DNA of 58,376 nucleotides, the filler included, from Porpidia crustulata (taxonomy: Eukaryota): the NCBI GenBank assembly GCA_964255105.1. It is 8 parts of 8 records of this genome, joined end to end, with 100 filler letters (N's around TTAATTAATTAA, not from the genome) between each part and the next. Parts side by side here need not be neighbours in the genome. Positions count along the whole stretch, not along the records: positions 36,609 to 43,810 come from CAXUWE010001382.1; positions 43,911 to 51,093 come from CAXUWE010001383.1; 6 more parts are not named here. One strand, given 5' to 3'. Of the stretch, positions 37,204 to 51,193 are shown piece after piece. Position 1 is the first letter of the stretch. Every line of letters starts with the position of its first letter. A program made the translations under genes and the position numbers. The notes beneath the pieces are model-generated. The model had not been told where the DNA came from and did not search any database. It saw nothing but the letters and a program-made list of their open reading frames with translations.

Positions 37204-38066
37204 TGTATTGCCCCGTTGCCTATCTTAGAACTCAAAATTCCCTGAATTTCCGATAGCAAATTGCTGGCAAAAGAGAGAAGAGGCTATGTGCGTATGGATT
37301 TTCTAGAGCGAATCAATTTCCAGCCCTTTGAGATTAACAATGGCCAATTGTAGCCGATATCGAGTAGCAATGCTGTTTTAGAAGTATACAAAGGATAAGC
37401 GTTGCTGCACTTGGGATGGGTATGATTGATAAGGCCACGGATCAAAACAATAGCAACTGTGTGAATGTACAAAAAAACATTGTTGCGAAGGAAAGAATAG
37501 AGTGCAGGAGCTGTGGATGAGTGATTGAGAAGTGACGCGCGGATAATTCTGAGCATTAAGGTAGCTATGAATCAGAGCAGCAAGCGCCGTTCTCGTAATT
37601 CCCAGACTTCAGAGCATTGTGAGTTTTGCAAAGGAGATACTGAGTTGAATTCGACTACCGATGGTAGACTATGTCGAGCAGTGCCACGGGATGCTGATGG
37701 CCAGCGGTCAGCATTGACAATAGAAAATAATCAACCATGGAAGATGCAATAAACACTACTTCCAATGGCTTTTTTTTCAAACACAGCGCGCTACGACGTA
37801 TGAAATATCGTGGCATGTGTTCACAAGGTGCACTGTAAGGATGGTAGAGCCCAGAAGCACAAAATCTCGTTGGTGACCTACATGATAACAGTAGCATAGA
37901 TCTGTGATTGATGCGGCACCATCAAAGTATAGCGGTCTGCAATTGCACGAACACCCAAAGCCAACGTCTCAAAGCAGGCTACACTGGCCTAATCAATCCG
38001 ATAGACTACCTACCACTCCAACTTCCACGCCTTTAACTCCTACCTAGGCTCCGTACCTGCACAAGG

Positions 38067-39989
38067 TCATAAATCAATAAGGCTTCCGGTTGCCTGATTT
38101 GGATTCTGGTGCGGTGGCTGAGCACCAAAAGGGTTGTTGCTCGCTTGCCCAAATGAGCTTCCACCAAAGGTATTCAGACCGGCGGGCCCTGTCTGCGCAG
38201 GCATCATTCTAGCCTGTTGTCCGAATCCCCCAACGGAGGTTTGTTGCTGTGGACCACCAGTGAATTGCTGACTGAAAAACGGGTTGTTGCCTGTCTGTGC
38301 TGCGTGCAATCGGTTTAACCCCTGACCAGAGCTATTGACAAAAGTGCCAGGCGCAGTATGCTGAGACGGAATTCGCAGTTCTCCTGTGTTGCCGAAAGTA
38401 TCCATACCCTCGCCTGAAGCGAGCAAAGCATTTAGGCGGGCGTGTTGAGGATTTTGATCTTTCTGCGGAGTGGGTGGTGCTTGCGGCGTAGAGTACGACG
38501 AGATCAGGTTAAATGACGTTTGACCGAAATTTGTCGTGGGTTTCTGCTCTGCGAGAGAGCTGAGAGACGGTGGCATTTGCTGCTGCTGTGGTTGAGGACG
38601 GTTGAATGACGAAGCAAAAGGATTGTTGGAACCAGTAGGAGCAGGTTTGAGCGCGTCTGCTTGTGGTTGCTGATTAGTAGCCCAAGGATTATGACTACCA
38701 GTCATAGGAGGACTAATTTGTTGCTGTGGTTGAGGTTGGAATTGAGAACCGAAATCATTTGATTGATGTGCATAGGGATTGTTCAAATTGTTGAATGCTG
38801 TTTGTTGAGGCTGAATTGTCGGCTGCGGCTGCATGTAGTTGGCTTGTGGCTGTTGGAATTGAGATTGGTCGAAGCCTGTTTGCTGTGGCTGGACTCCGTT
38901 TTGATATTGGCCACCTGTCGGCTGCGAGTAGGCATTATTGAGAAAGCCCGTGGTCTGAGGCTGTTGAGGCTGCTGAGGCTGCTGATCGACAGGGTTTCCG
39001 AACCAATCTACAGCGCCTTGCTGTTGATAACCCTGGTTGTAGCCTGTGAGTTGCGGCTGAGTAGTCGGTGCTGGGGTGTCATCGAACAAAGAGGTAGCAT
39101 TGCTTTCCTCAAGCTCCCGACGTCGGAGCTCCTCCTCTTCTTTGCTCAGCTTTATCGCCTTGGCTAGGTCATCGTCATCCACAGGCGCCGAATTGCCCTT
39201 GGCCCTTCGCTTCTTATCTTCTTCAGCTTCATACTTGCTTGCTTCGAGCGCAAGCTTGTATTCTGCGTCCTCTTCATCTGTTCCTTGCTTACGTCTGTCA
39301 GGTCTTTGGCGTCGCGGCGTTGGAGGTTCACCGCCGCCTATGTAGCCAGATCCCTGAGGGCCATACTCCTCAATACCAGTAACTCTCGATTTCCATGTTT
39401 TTCGATCAGATCTCTCCGTTCTTAGACGCTCTTCGTCGAGTACCAGCGACGTGAGTTCCTTAGCCGATACGCGCACTAGCCTTGTTAGTTTCCCACCGTA
39501 AAGCTTCTGTAGTCAGACGAACCGTTTTGCCCAACATCCTTGCCATCATCATCAACGTATTGAAATTCTCGGAGCGTCTTGATAAGGTAAACATTTTTCC
39601 GGGCCCATGTAACCACAAGCTCTGATCCTTCATGGAGACAATAGTCTAGAACTTTCAAAGACTTTAGGACATGGCGCCAATTCTTGCCCTTGTCATTCAT
39701 CCGCTTGTCCAACATGTCCATAATTTCGTAGAAGTCATTGGAGCTTCATTTTGGTCAGTGGGTTGGACATTCAGGTTGCTCAACGGACATACCCATTGAA
39801 AGTCAGTTGTGCGATCTCGCTCATCTCAGTGCCCGTAGGACCCCATGGATCATTGCTTGTTGCTGAGGGGCACAATTAGTGAGGGTTCCGAACGTTCAGC
39901 GGTCAACTGTCCATACCATTGCGAACTTTGATCTGCACATGGGAGTATCCCTTGGTAATATTCTTGACACCGCGGACAACCTTCGACAT
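38067..39989 (-). CDS. ENT2: Epsin (ENTH domain, two UIMs, NPF motifs); ENT1/ENT2 orthologue
   Basis: VRGVKNITKGYS..KVRN|ATSNDPWGP, GKNWRHVLKSLKVLDY, UIMs EEDAEYKLALEAS and DDDLAKAIKLS, NNPF repeats and terminal SLIDL clathrin box. Three introns. Confidence 0.93.
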
Positions 39990-41531
39990 TGTGATAAAAT
40001 TGAGGCTCTTCCTTTCTCATAGGAGACGGAGAATCGCAGATAACCCGTCCTGTGCCGAATTGGAACAACTTAGAGGAAGTCGCAGAAGTCGTGCTATCAA
40101 GGTAGCTATGAATGCTGGGAGTAACGGCTGCTAAAATTGCACCTTGCTCTAGATGCGTGTATGTTCACCTTACTTCTCCCAGACGAGACAGCAGCCAGTC
40201 TGTAGGATTGTCTTGAAGAGAGTGGTGAGTGGCGATGTATCGGCGTGCGTTTCGCAATATGCTTGATGGAATTTACACATGTGACGTCTAAGGTGAATGG
40301 CCTCGTCAGTATGCGGTACTTGCGGCTACTTGTGCACTAGCCTTGGCCACCCGGCCAAACTTTAACCCGCCAGCCCGCACAGTTGGAGCCCAAATGGTGA
40401 AAAGCCTTGGATTTCATAGCCGTTTTCTGTACCTGGTTCGCCAGTACCTTGAGCCTGCTAAGCATGTTCTTCGAAGTTCATGATACTTCAATTCAACAAG
40501 CTTATATCTCAACATCGCGTGGAGATGAAGTGTGAGCAGAGACTTCAATTTGTAGGGGCCCCGTCGGTTCGTCGATTCATCAGTGAGAGGCCTCACTGGT
40601 ACACCATGAGAGGTTCAACAAATGCGACTGACTAGCTTATATTCTTGGATTTGATTACTGTCAAGTTTCTCAAGAAGTAGGAGCGCTTGAGAAAGAGAGG
40701 CCCGCCAGACTTTATCAATCTGCCGACCTAGAGCGCGACATCCATAACTGCGCACGAGCAGGAATCTAGGAGCTGGAGGACCCTGCATGCCGAAAGAGTC
40801 GGTACAGAGAGCCTGCCTAGAACATGGACTGTCTGACTCTGCAACCACTATCCCTTTGCTTACTGTGTAGATGTCGATAGCAAGCTGATCCGATCCAGGT
40901 GGTCTCAAGGTCTATATCTAGAATTCTTTCAGGTCTAATGGTGGTAGTAACATTGGTATAGGTAGGATATACGAGCACTCTTTTTTGACAAGACTATTCA
41001 AGCGGAGAAAGGTCCGTGGCGACTCTCAACTCGTTTCATGCTACTACTAAGCTAGGTATATCGCTGCAACAGATAGTAACGGTGGATTCAAAGACTCACC
41101 GTCTACAGCATATCAGCACGGGTGTGCAAGTGCCCATTATTGAGTTATTTCCCCGAGAGTCGCTGATATGTCTACTCCCAAACGATATACAGACGTCAAA
41201 TATGAGAACAAAATTTATGGATTTGACTGCAACTTCGCGCCTCGTTGATTTGATTTTCGTGGGCTTTCAAAAGGTCCACGGCTTTGGTCAAAGCACGCTT
41301 GGACCTCAATGGGTATCTTGTTGATTTGAATGAATAGAAGAGTATCGCCCTATGTGCTTCTGAGCGTTGCGGGTCGACGTCCTGCAAGGTACGAAAGATG
41401 CTTCTTGCGATACCTTGGCAATTAGTGTACGCGCCTATGAGAAGGCCTCGAGGCGCTTGTACCTGTATCCTTAAGTACCCAGACAGCCTTCGGAGGTCAC
41501 ATTCATTATTTTCTTCTGGAAGGCCCTCAAA

Positions 41532-42283
41532 ATGCACTCCCAGTATACCGCTTGTCGGATATGTCAATTCCTTATATTATCACTCATGCTTCACTTAGCA
41601 GCAGGTACTGCCATCAATCTCAGTCCATACCAACCAAATCCTGAGCCCCCTCATTGTTATTGCACCGACTCTGTAAGTTGGACAAGCCCAGGTATTGTCA
41701 AACAAGATTGTATTGGGGCGATGAACAAAATGTACGAGTATGAGGTCATGCCACATGGCACAAAAAACTTCAAGTTCATGGGTCAAGGCGCCTCCCCGAT
41801 TCCAGGGCTTCCTCTTATGCAAACGCCACGAACCTACATATCCGGTGAGTAGACCATAACGCGAGTGCCTTTCTCGCCTGTGAAACATAGTGTCCGCAAG
41901 TACTGAAGTATGGGCGACTCTCCAAGGTACCTGCACAATGGCGATTGCGATGTTGGTCGACCTCCAAGGCTTAATCCCAGGAGGTCGATCCAGCTTCCAC
42001 AAAACCGATATAGCTTCTTTTACGGAACTATTCTCCAGTGTGAAGATCGTAGCTAAGCGATGCGTTGGAGATGGCAAGTCCGCGGGGTGGTTTCAGGACG
42101 GTAAGACATCTACTATCCTATCATATTAGGCGCACATATCTCTAGACTTAGTTAACGGTTCTCAATGCAACAGGGGCTAGAGAAAGCATTGGTGTACTGC
42201 TGTATGCGACAGGCTCGGAAGTTGACCGCGAAATTTCGGCTTCATTGCGTCGGCCACAAAACTCCAGCCTGAACGCGATTTAA
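41532..42283 (+). CDS. Small secreted cysteine-containing protein, 198 aa (effector-like)
   Basis: Exons 41532-41844, 41927-42100 and 42174-42283 are in frame. Hydrophobic signal FLILSLMLHLAAG. Mature part has CYC..DC..QTPRTY.SGTCTMAI..RC..GW..IGV. Confidence 0.75.
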
Positions 42284-43810
42284 CACGTCGAACCGTGTGG
42301 ATTGGGGATTGAGCCTCATTTTTCAATTTGTTTCTAACTTCGACCTTGGGTGCGGCGACGAAACCCGACTGCCAGGTCTTGCCACAGATGCTTGATGGCT
42401 AATCCTGAGATAGCATCACGTCGTTGAATCGGAGACTGCATGGGCAGTGAACGTCTACTAGATTATAAAAAACTGTTTGAGCTGGGTCTCAAACAGCGGC
42501 TTTGATTTGAAGAACCTTTCGTAGCAACGCTATATGCGATGAAAGTGGCTCATACATAGCTTCCTCCCCCAGACTCTTGGATTCCCCTTGTGTTGAACGC
42601 CCGACGACCAAATGTCTTCTCATCAATAGCTGGGATTCAAGCTATGAACGTCTATTTTCCATAGGTCACTGGATCTTTTATTCCATGACTTGGGGACTTT
42701 TCCCTCATCGCTTTCACATTTCTATTACCTCCAGTCTCCAACTCCCCTCCCTCCACCTGATCCGTCTTCCTACATCTTTCTCAAGTTTGCATGTAGTGTA
42801 CACAACAATACGAACCTACATTACCAAGCTAACCAGATACCCAAGCATGCATATACGAGCTATTTCATTCAAACCTTCCGAGCGAAACAGTACAGGTATG
42901 GAAACGGTCGTAGCCATGCGAACAGAATACGTATTGCGAAAACCCCCGAAACCCACGAAAGAACAGTGAACCCCCCGCAGAGCAAAAACAACATACCGCC
43001 AGCCTATCTATCATGCAACCCTCCTCCGTCTGACAAAGGCTGCCTCGCTGATTTGCACGTTTCTTTTTCCGATGTGGTAGCGGTTTGCTGACGCTTGTTA
43101 TATACATTCAGAAGAGACAATGCTTTCTCTAGAAAGGCAGGTTAGTTTTGATTCAAAGCTTGGCTAGGTTTTATTAATTCACGCTGGAGGATCAAATGAT
43201 CCTGGCGGTCTTGTTCGAGGTATACAAATCTGTTAGCCCGGGAAGGGGTTTGGACAGTTTTTCAGGAGGAATCAAACTTTTGGAAACAGGGAAAGCTTGA
43301 AATTCCATTGCCGGGATTGCGACTTTTTTCCCTCGCTGTAGTTTTCGACAAGATTGATTTTTCTGCGGAAGTAGCTTTTTCGACTCAATTTGGGGCTTAT
43401 ACGAGATACTGGCACGACAGGGTATGAAGATCGTCGAATTTTCATAGATCTACGCCAGTACCATCTTTCACAGAACGAAGCGTCAAACCAACATCCTGAA
43501 AGATATTCTATGAGGCCGAGTAAAGAAAATCGACTTCAGATTGGGAAAAAGCTCATGTGGCCCAGCATGCCGTTGAAATAATTAATGATCTAGAAGGAAG
43601 GGGCAGAAAACTCACTTAGTCGCCACGCTTAAGAACATCATTCTTCTATCCACAGAGAATTACTCGAGACTCATTCTCAGGGAGATGTAGCTGCTTCAAC
43701 TCATCTCACTCATTAACACATACATTCTTATCCCCCCCAGAAGCTCAACCTCCACCCGATAGCTCCGAAAATCTCCCTTCAATCCCATCACCTCCACCCT
43801 CCCCCTTCTC

Positions 43811-43910
43811 NNNNNNNNNNNNNNNNNNNNNNNNNNNNNNNNNNNNNNNNNNNNTTAATTAATTAANNNNNNNNNNNNNNNNNNNNNNNNNNNNNNNNNN
43901 NNNNNNNNNN
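43811..43910. other. Artificial contig linker
   Basis: N44-TTAATTAATTAA-N44. Confidence 0.99.
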
Positions 43911-43992
43911 CGCTATCGCGCTCGCCGGTGCCTTGGTCCTGACCTTCGCGTCCAAGCCCCGCACCGTCAAGGCGCTACTATATGCGTTATAA
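43911..43992 (+). CDS. 3' end of an unidentified membrane protein gene (AIALAGALVLTFASKPRTVKALLYAL*)
   Basis: GC3-rich hydrophobic frame from the contig start to TAA. Too short to identify. Confidence 0.4.
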
Positions 43993-45547
43993 GTCGGGGG
44001 GTTTGCAGGGAGGTCTTGGGCGGATCGAGAATCTATTGTGCTGCGAAAGAAGGAACGGGGGGAGTTGGCGAGATATTTTTGGGTCGATGCGGTTAAGGTC
44101 TTTCAGAAGGGACCAGGGATCTAGGCTGAGGCGAAGTAAAGGTACGACCAGTCTAGAAATGTTACCTTTCCAAAGAAATCTCTAGATCACGTAGAGTAAG
44201 CATCGGCCAATCTTGCGATGTTGGATAATCCATTGCAAGTGAGGATTTTATCCCTGGTTGATCTCTACGCCATGATCTACCCCGTCTTGGGTGTTTCCTC
44301 CGTCAAATGAAATCTCCACTCGGATTCAGCTACCGCCTATTACGATTGAAGAGATCCCAACCCTAGGTGCGGGACGATGAGCTACAGGCCAAAGCCAAAA
44401 GATCAGCAATTGGCAAGGGCGCTAGCATCTCATCGTCGCGGTCCAAATACGACAAGCTGAAAAGAGCGACCATCAGGAGAGTGATTCTATTTACAGAGAG
44501 GTAGACTTTGCATCATCTCCTCCAGGAACCCGGAATCGCTCTTTGGAAAATTAAAAGACTTCATTCTTTGGCCATGCCATGGCTAGTAACATTTGCTCCT
44601 TGCAATGCTGAAAACGTTCTGGTTACCGCGTGACGGTAACGTTAGGAACAACATGTTGGAGCTTCGACGATTGACCTGCTTCGCAGTGCGGTGTTCGCCT
44701 TTGATTCTACGCTCACGGAAGAATTTATAACCTAGTTTCTGGATTCATATCACTTTTCTTTGGACTTCCACGATGGATCTTTCCAAAGGGCTGAGGCACC
44801 CGGCGGCGTATTTTACGATCAATGAGGCAGTACCTAACGAATGTGGCGGAGACATAGAATCAAAGCTGAACATACCGGCCCTTATATCGCTTCCCCTCTT
44901 ATCAGTCTATGAAGGCCTTAATGGATCGCTTCACATACGCTAAGCGATAAATAGGCGCGCGGTATTCTAACACGGGTGCACCTGCCGGCTTTCCAATCCA
45001 AACACGAAAAGACACGTCATTCATATCCTGCGATACCGCCGAGCTCGGATATTGAGGGATTGGTGTGATGTATCTGAACCGAACAGGATGATGGGAGCGA
45101 GATGGTCGTTGATTGGCTTAAGCGGAGATCCTGATGTAGACGGAAGATTAGTTGTTCCACCACCACAAAATATTAAGGTGACTGTTGACGGAATCTGTCA
45201 AGCTACCTTAGGACACCAGAGTCTAGAATATTTGTGAGCTGCTAGTTGCTAGCTAGCTAGACTGTGGTGACATCGATGATGCCTGCTGTACTGGGAACGA
45301 TGCAAACCGAAATGCAATAAAAAGCAAACGCTGAGTCAAAAACGCTGTAATGCATGCTGCTGGTGACCGTCTTTGCTTTGTGCAATTCTCTCTGCCGGCT
45401 GTTGATAGGCCTGGTGTCTCATAGCGGGGAAAGGAATACGAAAAAAGAGAGGCAAGTAAGGCCACGGGCTACGCGGTGAACTTGCCCGAAGGACGTTCCC
45501 AGTCCTTGAAAACGCCTGCCAAATGCTTGTGAATCTATGCTCCACCC

Positions 45548-48500
45548 TTAGAACTCCCAGTCCGCATCGACCGACTTGATGGCCCATTCGAATTTCTCCC
45601 GAAGCGTTTTGGAAAAGAACTTTTCGATCGGCACGTCGTACTTTTTGGAGAAGACAACGGTGAGCCGAGGGTCGATGTAGTTCTGTACTTGTATCAGTCT
45701 TGTTGTCCATGTTCAAAAACAAAAGAATTACCTACAATCTTAGATGTACCAAGGGCAACCTCCTTGTTACTTTCCTTGTCTTCGGCTTGCAACAGCATGG
45801 TCTTGATGCGTTGGTCAAGCTTCTCGAGGTTATTCTCAAGCTTCTCCACCGTTGGACCCTTACCCTCGGCCTCGACTTTGCCGGTTCTATTTTCCTTCTT
45901 GAACTTCTTGGCTAATTCGTTGGTGACCTCAAGGCGTTCCTCCAGCTCCTTATGCTTCATCTCCTTTTCTCCTTGTGCCATTAGCTTTTCATTCTCCTTG
46001 GCAAACTTCTTCTCGATCTTCTGACGCATCTCTTCTACTAAATAGTCTTGATGCTCGTGAATCCATTCCTGATCTAACTCCTCTTCAAGCTCGAAAAAAT
46101 CAGCACCATTTCTCTTCAAAAACTTCTGATCCTTCTTGATCTTGGGATCAACGTCGATCATCATCTGCTTGACCCGCCATTTCTGGTACTTCAATCCTTT
46201 GATCCGGTCGCCCATCTTTTCCATCTGCGCTCCGTGCCCTGCAGCTACGGTACGTTTGTGATTGCAGAGAATCGCAACTTTCCTATTGGCATCATTGTAA
46301 TCCTTGATCTTCTCTGGAATACTACCAGTGGATTTAAGGTCACGCAAGAGGGTCGACATTGTGAAGGAAGCATTGTAGGTACGGAAAACCTTGGCAGTAA
46401 GGCCATTCATGTAATTCGAAAGGTGCTTGTTTAATGTAGTGGTCTATCGAGAAATTAGCTATGACGAGATTCATCGCATAGCAGTACATACGTTAAGGCG
46501 ATCGAATAATTCATCTTGCTCTCCTTTATCTCTCTTGAAAATTTTCAAGTTCTTGAAAACCTGGGCGTCTACTTCGACCTCATCGTAGAACCTAATGCTG
46601 TCCTTCCCGAGGAAATCGAATATCACAATGTTCGGGGGCTTAAGTGTAACATGCTCAATCTTGAGCGAACAGCAACCAACAGTATCGGCCTCGTCCTCAC
46701 CTTTCTCATTTCCAGCACGTAGCGCAAATTTGTCGATGAGGTAAACCGCAGTCGCTCGTTGACGATTAGCCATCAGTTCGTCTTTCATTTCCTTGGTGTA
46801 GTCTTTGCGGATACGATCAATGTGTTTCTGGTCTCTTAGTCAAAATTCCATCTCATGAATATCTGGATCCTTACCTTGAGCTCCCGGGCCTTCTCAAATT
46901 TCTTGAAGTCACTTTGTCCTTTGACATCTGAGTTGGCAGCGAGCATGACGTATTTGTAAGCGCCATTAATGTTCTCTTGCCACATTGCTAACCAGGTGCC
47001 CTCCGTGTCGTGCTTGATCTCCTTCCAGCGATGTCCTTCTGGAGGGGCAGGGACTGTGGCTTCCTTGCCAATGTTGATCGTAATCTGCTCAGGGACTACC
47101 CTCCCTTTAACTTTTCCAGTCTTTGGATGCTCACCACGACCACGGAACAGTCCAGGTGGTTCCACTCGGAAATTACCAACCTTTTGCTTACGACCATCCC
47201 ACATACAGTACATATATGGAGCCTCCGCTGCATCTTTCTCTGCCTTGAGCCGCTTCTTTTCTGCCGCAGGAAGAGCCTTCTTCTCGGTACGTTGGGCATC
47301 GTAATAATTAAAAATAGGCTGGAAATCACACTTGGTGAATTCTTTGATGTTGACTTTGTTGCCGTCGTTGTCTTTCGCGCCGCCGGTCTCCTTGAGCTTT
47401 TCCTGGAAATCATTGAAAAAGTTCTTCTGAAAAGTTGGGTTCTCGACATTATGAGTGGAGTTGAGCATAGCCCCAAAGAACCCAGCAATTTCTTCGGCTT
47501 CTTGGGCCATTCTGACAGGTATCCCATCGTAACGCATTCGAATGCCTTTTGGTAGAGTTTCATATTCTGGAGGGAAGACAACACCGGCATGCTCCAGGGT
47601 CGCCCACTTTGAAGTACCGTCGCCTTTGGTAGGATCCTCCCACCAACGATACTCTTCCTCTTCATCTTCAGCTTCTTGGTCTTGCTCCGTCTCTTCTTTC
47701 TTTGCACTCCTGCCTTTTGGTTCTTTCTTTATAGGCTTAGTCTTGACATCTTTTTTCGCAGGTGGTTTGCGAGCAAGCGGCAAATCGCCATCAGACTCTT
47801 CCTTTTTCACTCCATTGGCCCTCGACTTTTTAGCAGGGGCTGACTTGGGTGTACCGTTCGTTTGTGCCTTCTTGACTTTCTTCTTCGACAAAAGTTCATC
47901 ATCACTCTCTTCCTTTTTCGTTCGTTTCTTCGGCGGAGGAGCCAAACCTTTCTTCTCTTCCCTTCGAATAGCCTTGGCTTCTTTTTCTGCAAGCTTCTCG
48001 ATGTTGGCCTTTTCGTGCGCTAGTTTTGTGTTCAAAGGAGTGTCAGAGTCCTCCGATTCTCCAATGGCTGTCTCGGTTGCTTTCGGAGGCTTTTTGAGCA
48101 GCGTCGTTTTCCCCTGGGCCGTCTTGGAGACAAGTGGAGCGTCATCGGAGTCTAAATCGGATTCGGCCTTGGCAATAGGCTTAGAAACTCGCCGCCGTTT
48201 GCTCTGTGACGAGTCAGATACCTCTGTCTAACAATTGACACGCCTGATAGCATACTAAAGGCTTGTCGTCTTCATCATCCTCGCTTGATTCGTTGTAAGT
48301 CTTTGCGTTGCTGTGGCGAGATTTCCGCTTGCCATTAGTTTCTGGTCCTCTAATCTCACTCTCATCTATATCCATTTCTTCCAGCGGACCGTTGCGGATC
48401 GAGATTCCTGGTGCGGCATTTTTGGCATCAGGATTAGCCCTGTCCATGGCCTTGTCAAGGCTTTTGGGGATGATATCCTTCGACATGTGATCATTTCCTA

Positions 48501-48741
48501 GAATAATTGAATAGATATTAGTGAGAGACTCAAGTGAGTTACAGAATGCTACAGAATTGAGGCAAAATTAAGGGAGGAAAAATCAACGTGCAATCGAAAG
48601 CGGCTTGCGCATTTAGTGACTCAAGCGCAAGTACACCAACGCAAACTAGACGGCACTGAAAACCAATTACCCACGTTTCGTATTGACTCCATTGGCCTTG
48701 ATCCCGTTCGCCAAAGGCATATCATCATCTGAAGAGCTCAT
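45548..48741 (-). CDS. TOP1: DNA topoisomerase I (type IB)
   Basis: [60 protein letters not shown] and AILCNH. The catalytic SKI|NYIDP is split by the last intron. Ends [14 protein letters not shown]. Confidence 0.97.
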
Positions 48742-49236
48742 TGTGCTGATGATTAGAGGTGAGAAATCCCAAAGGCGCCTCGGGGACCCGTATGTATTAC
48801 ACGTGTAACGGTGAGTTGAAGGAACAGGTAGCCGACGCGGCAAAGTAGAATAGGCAATACATGCAGAAGTCAGAAGGGAGAGTCGTGACACCCTCAGGTG
48901 AAGCACACGGGTGATAAAAATAAGAGAAGGCAGCCTCCCTGGTAGATTTCCCCCAGTCGAATTCTCTGAGGCTCAGCGCAATGAATGAGTAGTGAATCCC
49001 AAAGAAAGACTATAGAGGCTTAAACTTGGGAATTCGTGAAGGAGGATGTTCCATGCTAGTTAGCCCCGAAGGTCCGTCAGGCCGAACTGGGACTAGTCAC
49101 CTGTTTCCTCACCCGAACGTCAGATCTGCCCTTTCAAGCTCAGATGTTTTGTTAGCAGTCTTGACTATCATTGTGATTGCTACACCTGACTGCAGGTCAA
49201 TTGAACTGTCATTCTTTCCTTACTCGCGTTCCTACA

Positions 49237-50404
49237 ATGCTCTCCCGAGCAGCCCGACCGGCCTTGAAGGCTGGAGCTGTGGTTTCCGCTCGGTATGTCC
49301 TTCGCGCAAGTAACCCACTTGGGACCTTTCGAGGGCTTCGTGATTCTTAGAAATATATCGGCGACGTAAGAGATAAACTGACTAACGACGGTTAACATAG
49401 TCTGGTCGCCGCCAATGCAGCCAATTTCGCTACTCTTCGAGAAATTGAAGGGCGACTAAAATCCATTCGGAACATCGAAAAAATCACTAAGACCATGAAA
49501 ATTGTTGCATCTACCAAGTTGACCAGGGCCCAACGTGCCATGACCGAGTCCCGAAGTTATGGAGAAACTTCGAACACCGTGTTTGAAAAGGCCGAAACAA
49601 AAGCGATGGAGGACCAAGGGAAGAAGACCTTGATCATCGTTGTTAGTTCTGATAAGGGTCTTTGTGGTGGTATACATTCTGGTCTCACCAAGGCAACGCG
49701 AAGGATGCTTATCAAAAAGCCTGACGCGGATCTTGCTGTTATTGGGGAGAAGTCAAAAGCACAGTTGGGTAGGGCGAACAGCAAAAATATGGTCCTGAGC
49801 TTCGCTGGCATTGGGAAGGATGTGCCGACGTTTGCGGACGCACAAGCTATTGCCGATCAGATCTCTCTGCTACCAACAGAATACGATGACGTTCAGATCA
49901 TCTACAACAAATTCATCAACGCTCAGAGCTACGAAGCTACCCCCCTCCAGGCATTCTCGGAAGAGGCCATTGCCAACTCACGTGAGTTCAGTCTCCAAAG
50001 CTGAAACTTGTCATCTAACAGTCATTTAGCCAATTTCTCCGCCTTCGAAATAGACGACGAAGTGCTCACCAATCTCAGGGAATATGCCCTTGCCAACTCA
50101 ATATACTGGGTAGGTTTGGAAACTCCATCATCTTGCGAAGCGGTCGCTCACAATCAAACAGGCGCTTGCCGAAGGTCACGCATGCGAGCAGTCAGCACGC
50201 CGCAATGCCATGGACGTAAGTACAAGGGCATCCAATCCACTGCCAACTGTCCGCACCACTAACATCGATCCACAGAATGCCTCGAAGAACGCAGGAGACA
50301 TGATCACCAAATTCCAGATTCTTTTCAACCGCACCCGTCAAGCCGTCATCACCGGAGAACTCGTCGAGATTATCACCGGAGCGTCGGCGTCCGAGGATCA
50401 ATAG
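49237..50404 (+). CDS. ATP3: Mitochondrial F1 ATP synthase gamma subunit
   Basis: Presequence [62 protein letters not shown] and [16 protein letters not shown]. Four introns, the first 49293-49400. Confidence 0.97.
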
Positions 50405-51093
50405 TTGTTGTACATTATTTAGTTTCTAGACGATTCCTCGCACCTGAGATGTGTTGTCCGTTTCCCCCGGAGTGCGTAATGGAATACACCTTGATTAAAA
50501 TACACTAGAACCACAATAGGGCAGCTCGGTATGGCCGAACAACAGTGCAAGTCCGGCCCCATCGCCTGACACATCCCCTTTGCCTCAATCCTTCCACTCC
50601 CCCCGCAGATATTCCCTTACTGCAGGACCCACTCATCCCCAATACCCATACCTACAACTTCCTCGAACCCTCTCTCTCCCCACCTCCAAAGCCATCAACC
50701 CACCTCCTCTCACTCAAAATCCACCAATTAAATTCACGCAAGAATCAATCCCTCATATCCACTCATTTCCCCATCACATCCCCCTAATGTATCCCTAGCC
50801 CGCAACCCGAATCTAACCCAACCAAACCCACATCTCTGCCCTTTCAAACCCAAATCCTCACTACAAAAAAACTCACCTTCAGCTCTTGAAAAAAACACCG
50901 CGACCTTCAGAAAGCTTTCCGACCCGCCGGAGATCGCGTGGTTCTGGTTTTATCTTCTGCTTTGTTATTACGTAGGTACGAGGGAGGCCTGGTTTACTAT
51001 ATGCATAAACCTCCTGCGAGATCCATGAGTGGATTGGTTCGGTACTTGATATCAAGTCGTTCGGAAACTGTGAGCTGAAGGAAGGGGGTGTAT

Positions 51094-51193
51094 NNNNNNN
51101 NNNNNNNNNNNNNNNNNNNNNNNNNNNNNNNNNNNNNTTAATTAATTAANNNNNNNNNNNNNNNNNNNNNNNNNNNNNNNNNNNNNNNNNNNN
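51094..51193. other. Artificial contig linker
   Basis: N44-TTAATTAATTAA-N44. Confidence 0.99.

Noticed and set aside
40414..41567. Possible minus-strand gene between epsin and the secreted protein
   Set aside because: Fragments could not be joined by plausible introns or matched to a family; may be decayed sequence
48741..49237. TOP1-ATP3 divergent pair as a functional system
   Set aside because: Ordinary compact bidirectional arrangement of housekeeping genes
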